Source: Thermoanaerobaculia bacterium
GTDB lineage: Bacteria > Acidobacteriota > Thermoanaerobaculia > UBA5066
Direction of reading: 5' to 3'
Length of the DNA: 64,000 bases
Assembly: GCA_038245905.1 (NCBI GenBank)
Contig: JBBRRY010000019.1
Span: 9,072-73,071 of the forward strand
Each line of letters begins with the position of its first letter. The first letter of the stretch is position 1. Below are positions 18,308 through 27,524 of the stretch, piece by piece. Under the pieces are notes generated by a model. The model did no database searches and had not been told where the DNA came from. It saw only the letters and a list, made by a program, of their open reading frames with translations. A program made the position numbers and the translations under genes.

Positions 18308-19833
18308 CGTGCCGGGGAAAGGACGACGCGTTCCGTCCAGCCGGCAGGCGAGGCGCAGCGCTCGACCGAAATCGTCGCGATTCCCGGAGCCCAGCCCAAG
18401 AGCCCGAGGACGCGGTCCGAGAACGGCCGCGCTCGCTCGGGCGAGAAGACGCCCTCGGCGCGCGCCCAGTCCTTGCCTTCGCGCGCCACGGCGGACAGAT
18501 CCAGCCAGCTCCACCTCACGAGCGAGCCATCGGCCGAAGGTTCCACGATTCCGGCAAGGTCCTCGCGCGAGGCCGCGATCCACAGCCAGGCACCGCGCCG
18601 CTCCCATGCGAACGCGGGCAGGTCCGGCCCCACGCGGAGCTCGCTCCGTTCCCTCCGGGCGACGCCTGCGCGGCGCGCGGCCATGGCGAGCGCGAGAGCC
18701 ACGAGACGCGCGTCCCCCTCGACTGGCCGCTTCACAACGAGGCGCCGCGCTCCGCTCTTCCCGATCTCCCATCCCCACCCGTCGACAGGACTTTCCTTCA
18801 GGTGGGCGGCCCACTCCGGCAGCTCGCCCGGCTCGCCCCCGGCCTTCTCGTCCGGCGCGGCGCGCGTCAGATCCACGAGGTAGGGATCGGCCGCCGTGGA
18901 ATTCGCGTCGGGCAGCGGCTTGAGAGACGCCACGGGCAGCGCCTTCGGCTCGGGCACGCTTTCGAGGAGGCCCCGGCGAAGAGCCCCGAAGAGGCGGGAG
19001 CCGTCCGTCTCCCAGCCCGCGGCGGCGAGGTCACGGCCGTCGATTTTCCAGGCCGGGGCGGCGGCGCGCGAGGCGTCGGTTCCCTCGCGCACCTCGACGA
19101 GGGCCTCTCCTTCGGCGCGTAGCGCCGCGAGAATCGTGCCGGTTTCGGATCCGGAGACCCCTTCCGCAAACAGAAACTCGCGGCGGAAGTAGAGGTCTTT
19201 TCGAAGCGCCGCGACGTCGAGCTTCAGGGAAACGAGCCCGGGCAGGAATCCCCTCACGCCCTCGCCCGCGAGCGAGCAATCGAGGGCGAGCTGAAGAGCC
19301 TTCTCGCTCGTCGCAATCAGAAGGACTCCGTTCGACTCCGCCCACGCGAGACCCATCCGCCGCGACGCGGCCCTGAGGTCTCCCGCGCCGCGGGCCACGA
19401 CGCGGTACGCCATGCCCCGGCGGTCTTTCGCCGTCCCGCCCGGCAGCTTCAGAACCGCGGCGGCCGACGCCGTCCGAACCGCCAGGACCGTCTCGAGATC
19501 GCCGACCGAGAGGAGCGTGACGCCAATCTCCGATGGCTGCAGCTTCATGAGCGAGCCCCAGTCGAGAGGGAGATCCTTCGTGAAGAGCGCCCATTGCGAT
19601 TCCAGCTTCCCGCCCACGCGGGTCTGCCGCCAGCCCGCCGCGACCGGATCGGACGCCGGGAGAGCGCCGGACAGCCCCTTGCGGAAGCCACCCGAAAGCG
19701 CATGGTCGAAGGCCGGGACGTCGGAGATCAGAAGGACGACCGGACCCTCCGGAAGCGGGAGCGCTGCCTTCGCCTGTCCTGCGGCCGGGCTCGCCGCGAG
19801 CAGCAGCGCGAAGAGAGCAAGGGCTTTTTTCAT
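18304..19833 (-). CDS. Exported hypothetical protein (509 aa)
   Basis: ATG 19833 (MKKALALFALLLAASPAAG, signal peptide); ATGA overlaps with both neighbours. Confidence 0.8.
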   Translation of the reverse strand: MKKALALFALLLAASPAAGQAKAALPLPEGPVVLLISDVPAFDHALSGGFRKGLSGALPASDPVAAGWRQTRVGGKLESQWALFTKDLPLDWGSLMKLQPSEIGVTLLSVGDLETVLAVRTASAAAVLKLPGGTAKDRRGMAYRVVARGAGDLRAASRRMGLAWAESNGVLLIATSEKALQLALDCSLAGEGVRGFLPGLVSLKLDVAALRKDLYFRREFLFAEGVSGSETGTILAALRAEGEALVEVREGTDASRAAAPAWKIDGRDLAAAGWETDGSRLFGALRRGLLESVPEPKALPVASLKPLPDANSTAADPYLVDLTRAAPDEKAGGEPGELPEWAAHLKESPVDGWGWEIGKSGARRLVVKRPVEGDARLVALALAMAARRAGVARRERSELRVGPDLPAFAWERRGAWLWIAASREDLAGIVEPSADGSLVRWSWLDLSAVAREGKDWARAEGVFSPERARPFSDRVLGLLGWAPGIATISVERCASPAGWTERVVLSPAR

Positions 19834-22800
19834 GGCACGTTCTCCGCGTTGAGCACGCGCGCATAGAGATCCCACGTCAGATCGCGCGGGCGAAGCTCGG
19901 CGAAGCGCCCCGCCGTCGTCCGGGTCACGTCCGGCCGCGGCAGATTCCGTCGCGAAAGGCTTTCGACTTCGCCTTTCAGGGCCGCGAGCGCGGGAGCTTT
20001 CCTCTCCGCGAGAGCGGCGAGGGCCTGAGCGGCGGCCGCCTTGTCGCCGGATTCCGCGGCCACGCGCGCGACGTCGGCGAGGAGGCCGTCGACCTCGGCC
20101 TTCGGGAAGCGGCGGCGCGCGAGCTCATTGGCGTCCACGAAGAGCGACGGGACGGCCGCCCGTGCCGACCGGAAGGAGCGGGTCCGCTCGAACCGGAGCA
20201 CGCGCCAGCCGGGGACGTCTTCACGGCCTCCGAGAGCGGCCCAGGCCGGAGCCGCGACGGCTTCACGCGCAGGCGCGAGGCTCCGAAGGACGACGCGCGC
20301 CGAGAGAAAGTCGTACGGGTGCCGCGCGAGATGCGTGGCGAGTGTGTCGCCCCAGAAGTCGATGTCCGGCCCCTTCTTTGTCCAGAACGCGGCGGCGATC
20401 TCCCACGCGGCGGGAGCGCCGCTCGCCCGGCCTGCCGGGACGCCGGGGATCCGCCGCCACGCGTCGAATGCGTCTCGCTCTTCGGTGCGCGTTAGGGAGA
20501 GCCGCGCACGCACATGAACCCATTCGGTCCGCGCCTCGTCGGGAAGCTTGCGCAGGAGGAGGATGTCCGCGCGGACTCTCGCCTCCGCGAACGATCGGGG
20601 CTCCTCGATGCGTTGGAACCAGCGCCCCGCGGCGGCCGGATCCCGCGCGACGAGAGCCTTGGCAATCGCCGCGCGGTCGCCCGAAGGAGCGGGCCATTCT
20701 CCGCGTGCCCAGCTCTTCTCGAGATCCGCGATCGTCGCGTTCTGCGCTTCGGGGGTTGTCGCGAGCTCGAGCGAGAGCAGCCACGCCGCGAGTGGAGCGG
20801 GTCCGGCTTCGAGCTCCTTCTTCACGCGCGCGCGGAGCTTCTCTTCCGCCAGAGTGAGGGCGGCCCCGCGCGTCGAGTCGCGGAAGACCTTCAGCCACGT
20901 CACCAGGCTCGGAGCGCCCGAGGCCGTCGGTGCCGGCAGAGCATGTGCGTCCGGCACACCGGCTCCTTCTTCGCCCTCCTCGGCGGCCGGGGGCGGCGCG
21001 GCGGGAACGGCGGCGGCCGACCAGAAAAGCGGTGAAGCCCCCGGCGCCGTCGAGGTCAGCCTGTGGTCGAGGCGATTGAGCGCAGCCGCTTCGTCGCCCG
21101 AGGCGAGCTCGGCCTTGAGGAGAAGGAGCTCCATCGGCTCGCGCCGATCGAGCGTCTTCGCAGCGAAGTTGCGGAGCGGGTTCGGATCGGGCAGGGCGCG
21201 CACCGAGGCGAGAGCGTCGGCGCGGAGGCGCACGTCGACCGGCGCGAGAACGTCGCCCGCCGCCGCCCAGAAGGGCCCGAGCTTCCGCGCGGCGCGGTCG
21301 GGATAGCGAGCTGACCCCACGGACCAGAGGTCGTCGAGGTACCGGATCGTCCTGTCTCGAGAGAGGGTCTCGCCTTCCTTCTCCCAGCGAGCGGCGAGCG
21401 CGACGCGAAACGCGGCGGAGTCGGCCGGCGTGAAGCGCGCGGCGGCTTTGGGGCCCTCGACGTCCCAGAGCCACGCGAGGAGCCCCGGAGAGACCGACTT
21501 TTTCGCATCGAGCTGCTCGAGAGGCGCCGTCAGCCCGAAGTGCTTCGCCACGCTCTGCCAGGCCGTCCAGGTCTCCGGGTCGGCGCGATTCTGGCGCGAG
21601 CGGATCTCCGTGCCGAGAAGGTCGTCGGCCGCGCGGCGACCCGCCGCCGGATCATCTTTCACGAGAAGGCGCAGCCGCCTTAGCAGTCGGTCCCGCTTGC
21701 CGAGATCGGCGAAATACGTCTCGTCGAGCCGAAGCGCGAGCGGCACGTCACCGAGCCCTTCGGCGGTCCTCACGGCAAGCAGGGTCTTGTCCGTCTCGCC
21801 GCCGCGAGACGGCGACTCCAGCGGCACCCACGGCGCATCGACCGCGCGCTCCCGCCAGCGCGAAAGGGCCTCCAGGACGTACCACGCGTCGCCGGGACGC
21901 GCGCCCCAGAGTCGGCCCGGCAGGCGCATCGCATCGGCGCCGCCGCCCGTGAACGAGTCTTCGCCGGTCTCTCCCGAGGGACGCGGAGAAAACTCGGGCC
22001 ACGTCCACTTCGGGTCGGGAGTCAGGACGTCCCCGAGGCTTCTCGGCCCCCGCAGCCGCACGATGTCCGCCGAGGACGCGGCGTCCTTCTTCCCTTCGAC
22101 GAGGGCCGCGAGAGACGACGAGGCACGGGACACCGCCGTGCGCCTCTGAGCTTCCAGCGGGTTCAGGCGGGCGGCCGCCGCCGTCCCGCGCGCGGAAAGG
22201 AGAGCCAGCCATGCCCCCCTCGTGTCGTCGTCGAGGATGTTCACGAGCGGGCGGAGGTCCCAGGCGCCGCCGGTCGCCGCCTCGAAGCGCGCGTAGGCTT
22301 CTTCCGTCCGGAACCAAGAGGCGGCGTGCGCCTTCCAGCCCGCGTGTTCGGGCGTCTCGGCGAGGCGTGCGAAGGCTTCCACCGGGAACCAGCGCGCGAA
22401 CGGGAGAGGCAGCGCGTGGAGCGGTCCTGTCGAAACACGCGCTTGAAGCTCCGCAACCCGAGCCTCGAGGATCGGCACGAGAAGAGCGAGGCGATCGCGC
22501 GAGACGAGATAGGACGTCCACTCGGGGAGGAAGTCCGAGTTCGAGAAGGCAATCGTGTGGCCTTTGCTGGCCCCGGAGGCCGGTGGAACATCCTTGATGG
22601 GGCGAATACTCCGTAAGAAGGCAACAGGGGGATTGGCGCTCCAGGGGGCGCCCGCGTCGTGCCGGGATGCCAGCAGCCGTCGAGCGACTTCCTCAGAGAA
22701 TCTGTGGAGCCCGGCGCGGCCGGCGAAGTCCCACCAGCGGTTGAGGGCGGCAACGTTCATGACTGGTTCGCTTCGCCCATCCGGCTTGCCGCCGCCTTCT

Positions 22801-25800
22801 TCTCTCTTACCCTCTAAGAACATCTGTATTACTAATTGTTTCTGCAATTCGTCGAGCTGCTCGGGCTTCGCGATCCGCGCGATGACCTCCGCCGCCTCGT
22901 TCCGGAAGGACTTGTCGCCTCCGAACGCCCGAACGAGCGTCGTCAGCTTGTCGGCACGGAGAGCGATCTCCGTCCTTTCGCCGTGCGAGAGCTGCACTTC
23001 GGAGACGCGCCTGAAGTTCCCGCCGGGGACGGCGACGGCCCACGCCTCTGCCGGACGGCCGAGAGCGAGGAAGCGGCGGGCGATGCGGGCGCGCCGTTCG
23101 GCTGCCTGGACCGCGGGCACCGCGCGGCCCTGCTCTTTCGCGTCGGCGAGCCAGGCCGCGAGCGACGCTCGCTCGACCTCGAGAGCCCGGCCCTCGTCGC
23201 CGGCCTTCACATAGAGAGAGGCGCGCCACGAAGCCACGTTTTCGTCGCCCGCACGCGCCTTCGCCCAGGCCCCGAGAAAATCCGCCGCTTCCCGAAAGCG
23301 GTCCGCCCGCTCGAGAAGCGCGACCGTCTCCCGGTGCTGGCTCTCCCTTTCGGGCGCCACGAGCACCGCTTCCTTCGAGACGGCGATCGCGCCGTCGAGG
23401 TCGCCCGCAAACGTGCGGATCTCGCGAACGGCCACCGCCCAGCGCACGTCGCGCGGGCTGTGCGCGCGCTGCGTTTCGAAGAACCCGAGCAGGTGCTTCT
23501 CGCGACCTGAGGCGACGGCCAGCCGGCAAACCTCGCCAAGGAAGCCCCGATCCAGCCGCAGGTTCAACGCTTCGATGAAGAGGTCCACGGCCTCGGCGTT
23601 CCTGCCTTCTTCGCTCGCGGCTCGCGCGAAAGCAGCCCAGAGATCCGCCTTCTTGTTCTCGGGAAGAGCAGCCGCCGCTTTCCTGCCGCTCGCGACGAGG
23701 TCGACAGGAGCGCCGCTCCGGAGAGAGAGGCGGGCGTCGAGAGAAGCGGCGGCGATGCGCTTGTCGTCGTCGAGGGCGAGCGCGGCCATCGCTCGGAGGG
23801 CCCGCTGCGCCCGCGCAAGGTCGCCCCGGTCGAGCGATTCCTTCGCGAGGCGCTCGGTCAGGCGCTCCCGGTGCCCCGCCGCCGCTGCGCCGGCGGTCTT
23901 CTCGAGAAGATCGAGGCCTTCGGACGCGCGGCCCGAGCGGAAGAGAAACGCGAGCCGGTCCTCGAAGACGCCGAGCGACCAGGGATAACGCTTGCCCAGC
24001 GCCGCCCACAGCCCGTTCGCGTCCCCCTTCGTGTCTTCGGCGAAACCCGCGGCCCCGGCGAGATGGTGCATCTTCGTCGCGGCCTCCGGCAGGGCCTCGA
24101 TGCGCGGTCCGAGCGATTTCCAGAGGGCCGCGGCCTGATCCGCGCGCCCGTGTCCCGAGAGGAAGTGCGCCCGTGCGATCTCGGCCTCGATGCGCTTCTC
24201 CTCGGTCGGCGCGAGCGCGGCCTCGCGGGCGAGAAGTGCGTCGTCGAAGTCCGCGTCGCGTGCCGGATCGGGAGCGAACCGTCGGTCCAGGATCTGGCCC
24301 CGCCGTTGCCGAAGCGCGCCGAGAAATCCGGAGCGCGTCGCGGCGGAGATCATCGCGTGCGTCTTCGCGACGAGCGCGGTGCCAACGCGGAGGAGTCCGC
24401 CCCCTTCCGCGGTCTGAGCGCCTTCTCGCGCGTCGGCGCGACGCTCCCGCCCCACGGCGTCGTTCGGCCGGTCCATCCAGTCGTCCCATGCGTCGGCTTC
24501 CTCTGGCGCGAGCGTGAGAAGTGAGAGCAACGAGACGAGCGTTTCCTCGTCCCCCGCCTCGCCGGGCCGGAGAGCCGCGATGCGCCTCCCGACCAGCTCC
24601 TGGACGCGCGGCCGGCCCATGAGCCGCGCGAGGCGCTGCGACGCCCGCGGGTCGCCCCAGGACCAGCGTCCTCTGCCGCCGCCGTCCTCTCCGCGAAGAG
24701 CGGAGAGGTATTCGTCGACGGCCCCCGGGAGGTCGCGCACCTCTTCGCGCAGGATGCCTGCCTCGAACGCGTGCATGCCCGGGCGGCCGAGCCGCGCGCG
24801 GCCTGACTCGAGCGTCTCGAGCGCCTCCGCCATGCGGCCGTAGTCCCAGAAGATTGTCGCGACTTCCAGAATGCGCGCCGGGTCGCGCGGCGACGCCGCC
24901 ATGACGTTTCGCCAGGCCTCACCCGCGGGGCCCGGGCGATCGAGGTCCTGCCAGGTCTCGCCTGCCGAGGTGTAGACGGCTGCCGGGTCTTCGAGGGCGG
25001 GCGCGACCGCGCGCGCGATGCGCTCCACGGCCGACGCGTGCGCGGCGTCGAGACCGGAGAGCGAGCGGTGCAGGGACATGGCCTGCTGCGCGATCGGTCC
25101 GTTGCCCGGATACGCCTCGGCGAGACGATCGGCGAAGGGTGTGGCGCGCTCGAACTGCGACAGGCGCGCCCAGCCATCCAGAAGTAGGACGTTTTCCACC
25201 GGTGTTCTCACGGGGAGCGCCTCGAGCTCGACGAGAAACGCTTCGAGCCGTCCCCGCTTCACGAAATCGTCGAGGAGGCGTTGCCGCCGCGCGGAGTCCT
25301 CGAAGAGCAGGGCGTCCTGGCGGGGCTTGAGGAACGCGTCGGGAACGACCCCTCGCTCCTTCCAGTCCACCGGGCGGCTCCACCGCGGGTTGTCGAAGAC
25401 CGATCGAAGAATCAGGTGGGACTCCGCCTGCCGCAGGACCTCGGGGCTGGCCGGGAAGCGGTCCAGGGCCTTGAGGCGAAGGTAGTCGCCGAAGCGGACG
25501 TAAGGATTCGGCTGTGCCTCGGCCGGGACCGTCTCGAGGATGTTTGGATCCCGGCTGAAGATGTCGGCGGCCCGGAAGCGCGCCACGACGTCGTCGGCGA
25601 GAGTCTTCAGCTCCGTTGTCTTCTGCCGCCTCGCGTACCAGCGGGCGAGGCGGTTCCACCACTCCGGCCCGCCGAAGCTCTCCAGCGCCGCGCGATAGCG
25701 GGCATCGAGGCCGTCGTCCAGCTTCCAGCCGCCGATCTGGTCCGCCGACCATCGCCAGAGGCTTTCCGCGCCCGGAAGCCGGTCGAGCTCGCCGAGAAGG

Positions 25801-27524
25801 AGCGTCAGGGAAAGGCGGTGCGAGCGGTCGAGACCAGAAAGCCGCGTGATGGCTTCCCGGAGCGCGGGACCATAGACGTCCCGCGCAGCCGGGCGGCCCT
25901 CCCCCTCGCGCGCTTGCGCGGGAGCTTCCAGAGTCGGCATCGAGCCTGCCGGTGCGAGGAGCTTCAGGCGCTCGCTCCAGAGCGCGGCCTCGCGCTCCGG
26001 CTGCGGCTTCGTCTGCCTGAGGGCGAGAAGGACGACGCGCCGGGCCTCGGCCCGCGTGGCTTCGTCGCCCGCGTCGGCTTTCGGCAAGAGCTTCAGGGCG
26101 CTGTCTCCCTCGCCGCGCTCTACGTGTCGCGCCATGATCGCGACGGTGAGCCCCGGCAGCTTCGGATGTTTCGGGGCGCGCTTTTCCAGCTCGGCCGCGA
26201 GGAGCCGGGCGGCGGCAAACGTGCGGTCGGGCAGCCGGCGCGCCTCCAGCTCGGCGAGCGCGCGTTCCTTCTCGAATCCGGTGAGAAGCAGCGAGAGACC
26301 TCCCGTCAAGAAGCCGGGAGTCACGTCGATGCGAGCGGCCCACCGGTAGGACTCGTCGTTGTACACGCCCCACGCGAGCGGCCGCCCTCCCGCCTTGAGG
26401 GCGAGCTCTGCCAGGGTCTCGAGGTCGTCGAGCTTTTCGGCGGGAGTTCCCGTCGAAGCGGCGGCGAGCCGCGCGCGAAACGCCTCGGGCACTCCGTCGA
26501 CGGATTCCCAGAGACGGGCGGTGAGGAGCCACGCGCCACGGTCGAACGAGGCCGCGTGGCGCCGCTCGATCTGTGTCAGGAGCTCGAACGCGAGGTCGCC
26601 GCGGCTCTTCCCTTCGAAGTAGCGGGCAAGAAGGAGAAACGCCTTCGGGTCGAACGAGCGTTCCAGCGCGAATCGCCAGCCGTCCAGCTTCGCGCGGGCC
26701 GCTTCATCCGCGCGGCGCGCGAAAACCTGGAGCGTCTGCGGATCGGGCCGCCTCGACGCATCCCCTACGAAGGCTTCGAGCACCGCATACGCGCCGACCG
26801 GGTCTCCGTGGGTGCCCTTCAGGTCGGAGGCAAGTACCGCCCGGCGCTCGTCCGGCAGAGCCGCCGCCATCCTGAGCGCGTCCTCGGCTTCGTGCAGCCG
26901 GCCGGCGGCCTCGAGGGAGCGGATCCAGTCCTCCGTAAACGCCGGGTCCCGGGGAAAGAGCGCGGCCCGGTCCGCTTTCATCGAGAGGGGCTCGGCGACG
27001 TCCGGATGTGCCTCGGCCCACCCGATCCGTTCGGTGGCGAGGGCGCGCTTCTCGCCGTCGGAAAGGCCCGGAAGCGCTTTCGCGGCACAGGCGAATGCAA
27101 AGGTCCACGACCGGTAACGCGCGCCCCAGCGGGCGGCCTCGGCCCACGCCGCGGGCGCGGCCCCGCCGCTCCGGGACGCCCACTCGGAGAGCGCCTTCTC
27201 GGCGCCCGCGCGATCTCCCAGCTCGCGGCGCGCTTCGGCCAGGTGCCGGAAAGCGACGAGCGCGTTCGTCCCGTCCGCCGCGGCGACTCCCGAAGTCGCC
27301 GCTTCGAGCGAGGCGGCCAGCTCCCGAGTCGGCGCGGGGTAATGCACCGTCCGCCCGTCCACGACCGCGCGGCGCGTTGCGATCGACATCAGAAACTCGC
27401 CGTCAGAAAGCTCGGTCCACGGGATGACGGAGGAAGACGGAGAGGGAGACGACGAAGAAGAGAACCCTTGCTCAGAAAGTGAAAACAGGACGATGACCGC
27501 CAGCGCGCCTTTTCTCTCTCTCAT
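19830..27524 (-). CDS. Giant exported helical-repeat (TPR-like) protein, ~2564 aa
   Basis: ATG 27524 overlaps the upstream stop; N-terminal hydrophobic segment; Ala/Leu/Arg-rich TPR-like repeats (e.g. VATIFWDYGRMAEALETL, FEAGILREE). Confidence 0.8.
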   Translation of the reverse strand: MRERKGALAVIVLFSLSEQGFSSSSSPSPSSSVIPWTELSDGEFLMSIATRRAVVDGRTVHYPAPTRELAASLEAATSGVAAADGTNALVAFRHLAEARRELGDRAGAEKALSEWASRSGGAAPAAWAEAARWGARYRSWTFAFACAAKALPGLSDGEKRALATERIGWAEAHPDVAEPLSMKADRAALFPRDPAFTEDWIRSLEAAGRLHEAEDALRMAAALPDERRAVLASDLKGTHGDPVGAYAVLEAFVGDASRRPDPQTLQVFARRADEAARAKLDGWRFALERSFDPKAFLLLARYFEGKSRGDLAFELLTQIERRHAASFDRGAWLLTARLWESVDGVPEAFRARLAAASTGTPAEKLDDLETLAELALKAGGRPLAWGVYNDESYRWAARIDVTPGFLTGGLSLLLTGFEKERALAELEARRLPDRTFAAARLLAAELEKRAPKHPKLPGLTVAIMARHVERGEGDSALKLLPKADAGDEATRAEARRVVLLALRQTKPQPEREAALWSERLKLLAPAGSMPTLEAPAQAREGEGRPAARDVYGPALREAITRLSGLDRSHRLSLTLLLGELDRLPGAESLWRWSADQIGGWKLDDGLDARYRAALESFGGPEWWNRLARWYARRQKTTELKTLADDVVARFRAADIFSRDPNILETVPAEAQPNPYVRFGDYLRLKALDRFPASPEVLRQAESHLILRSVFDNPRWSRPVDWKERGVVPDAFLKPRQDALLFEDSARRQRLLDDFVKRGRLEAFLVELEALPVRTPVENVLLLDGWARLSQFERATPFADRLAEAYPGNGPIAQQAMSLHRSLSGLDAAHASAVERIARAVAPALEDPAAVYTSAGETWQDLDRPGPAGEAWRNVMAASPRDPARILEVATIFWDYGRMAEALETLESGRARLGRPGMHAFEAGILREEVRDLPGAVDEYLSALRGEDGGGRGRWSWGDPRASQRLARLMGRPRVQELVGRRIAALRPGEAGDEETLVSLLSLLTLAPEEADAWDDWMDRPNDAVGRERRADAREGAQTAEGGGLLRVGTALVAKTHAMISAATRSGFLGALRQRRGQILDRRFAPDPARDADFDDALLAREAALAPTEEKRIEAEIARAHFLSGHGRADQAAALWKSLGPRIEALPEAATKMHHLAGAAGFAEDTKGDANGLWAALGKRYPWSLGVFEDRLAFLFRSGRASEGLDLLEKTAGAAAAGHRERLTERLAKESLDRGDLARAQRALRAMAALALDDDKRIAAASLDARLSLRSGAPVDLVASGRKAAAALPENKKADLWAAFARAASEEGRNAEAVDLFIEALNLRLDRGFLGEVCRLAVASGREKHLLGFFETQRAHSPRDVRWAVAVREIRTFAGDLDGAIAVSKEAVLVAPERESQHRETVALLERADRFREAADFLGAWAKARAGDENVASWRASLYVKAGDEGRALEVERASLAAWLADAKEQGRAVPAVQAAERRARIARRFLALGRPAEAWAVAVPGGNFRRVSEVQLSHGERTEIALRADKLTTLVRAFGGDKSFRNEAAEVIARIAKPEQLDELQKQLVIQMFLEGKREEGGGKPDGRSEPVMNVAALNRWWDFAGRAGLHRFSEEVARRLLASRHDAGAPWSANPPVAFLRSIRPIKDVPPASGASKGHTIAFSNSDFLPEWTSYLVSRDRLALLVPILEARVAELQARVSTGPLHALPLPFARWFPVEAFARLAETPEHAGWKAHAASWFRTEEAYARFEAATGGAWDLRPLVNILDDDTRGAWLALLSARGTAAAARLNPLEAQRRTAVSRASSSLAALVEGKKDAASSADIVRLRGPRSLGDVLTPDPKWTWPEFSPRPSGETGEDSFTGGGADAMRLPGRLWGARPGDAWYVLEALSRWRERAVDAPWVPLESPSRGGETDKTLLAVRTAEGLGDVPLALRLDETYFADLGKRDRLLRRLRLLVKDDPAAGRRAADDLLGTEIRSRQNRADPETWTAWQSVAKHFGLTAPLEQLDAKKSVSPGLLAWLWDVEGPKAAARFTPADSAAFRVALAARWEKEGETLSRDRTIRYLDDLWSVGSARYPDRAARKLGPFWAAAGDVLAPVDVRLRADALASVRALPDPNPLRNFAAKTLDRREPMELLLLKAELASGDEAAALNRLDHRLTSTAPGASPLFWSAAAVPAAPPPAAEEGEEGAGVPDAHALPAPTASGAPSLVTWLKVFRDSTRGAALTLAEEKLRARVKKELEAGPAPLAAWLLSLELATTPEAQNATIADLEKSWARGEWPAPSGDRAAIAKALVARDPAAAGRWFQRIEEPRSFAEARVRADILLLRKLPDEARTEWVHVRARLSLTRTEERDAFDAWRRIPGVPAGRASGAPAAWEIAAAFWTKKGPDIDFWGDTLATHLARHPYDFLSARVVLRSLAPAREAVAAPAWAALGGREDVPGWRVLRFERTRSFRSARAAVPSLFVDANELARRRFPKAEVDGLLADVARVAAESGDKAAAAQALAALAERKAPALAALKGEVESLSRRNLPRPDVTRTTAGRFAELRPRDLTWDLYARVLNAENVP

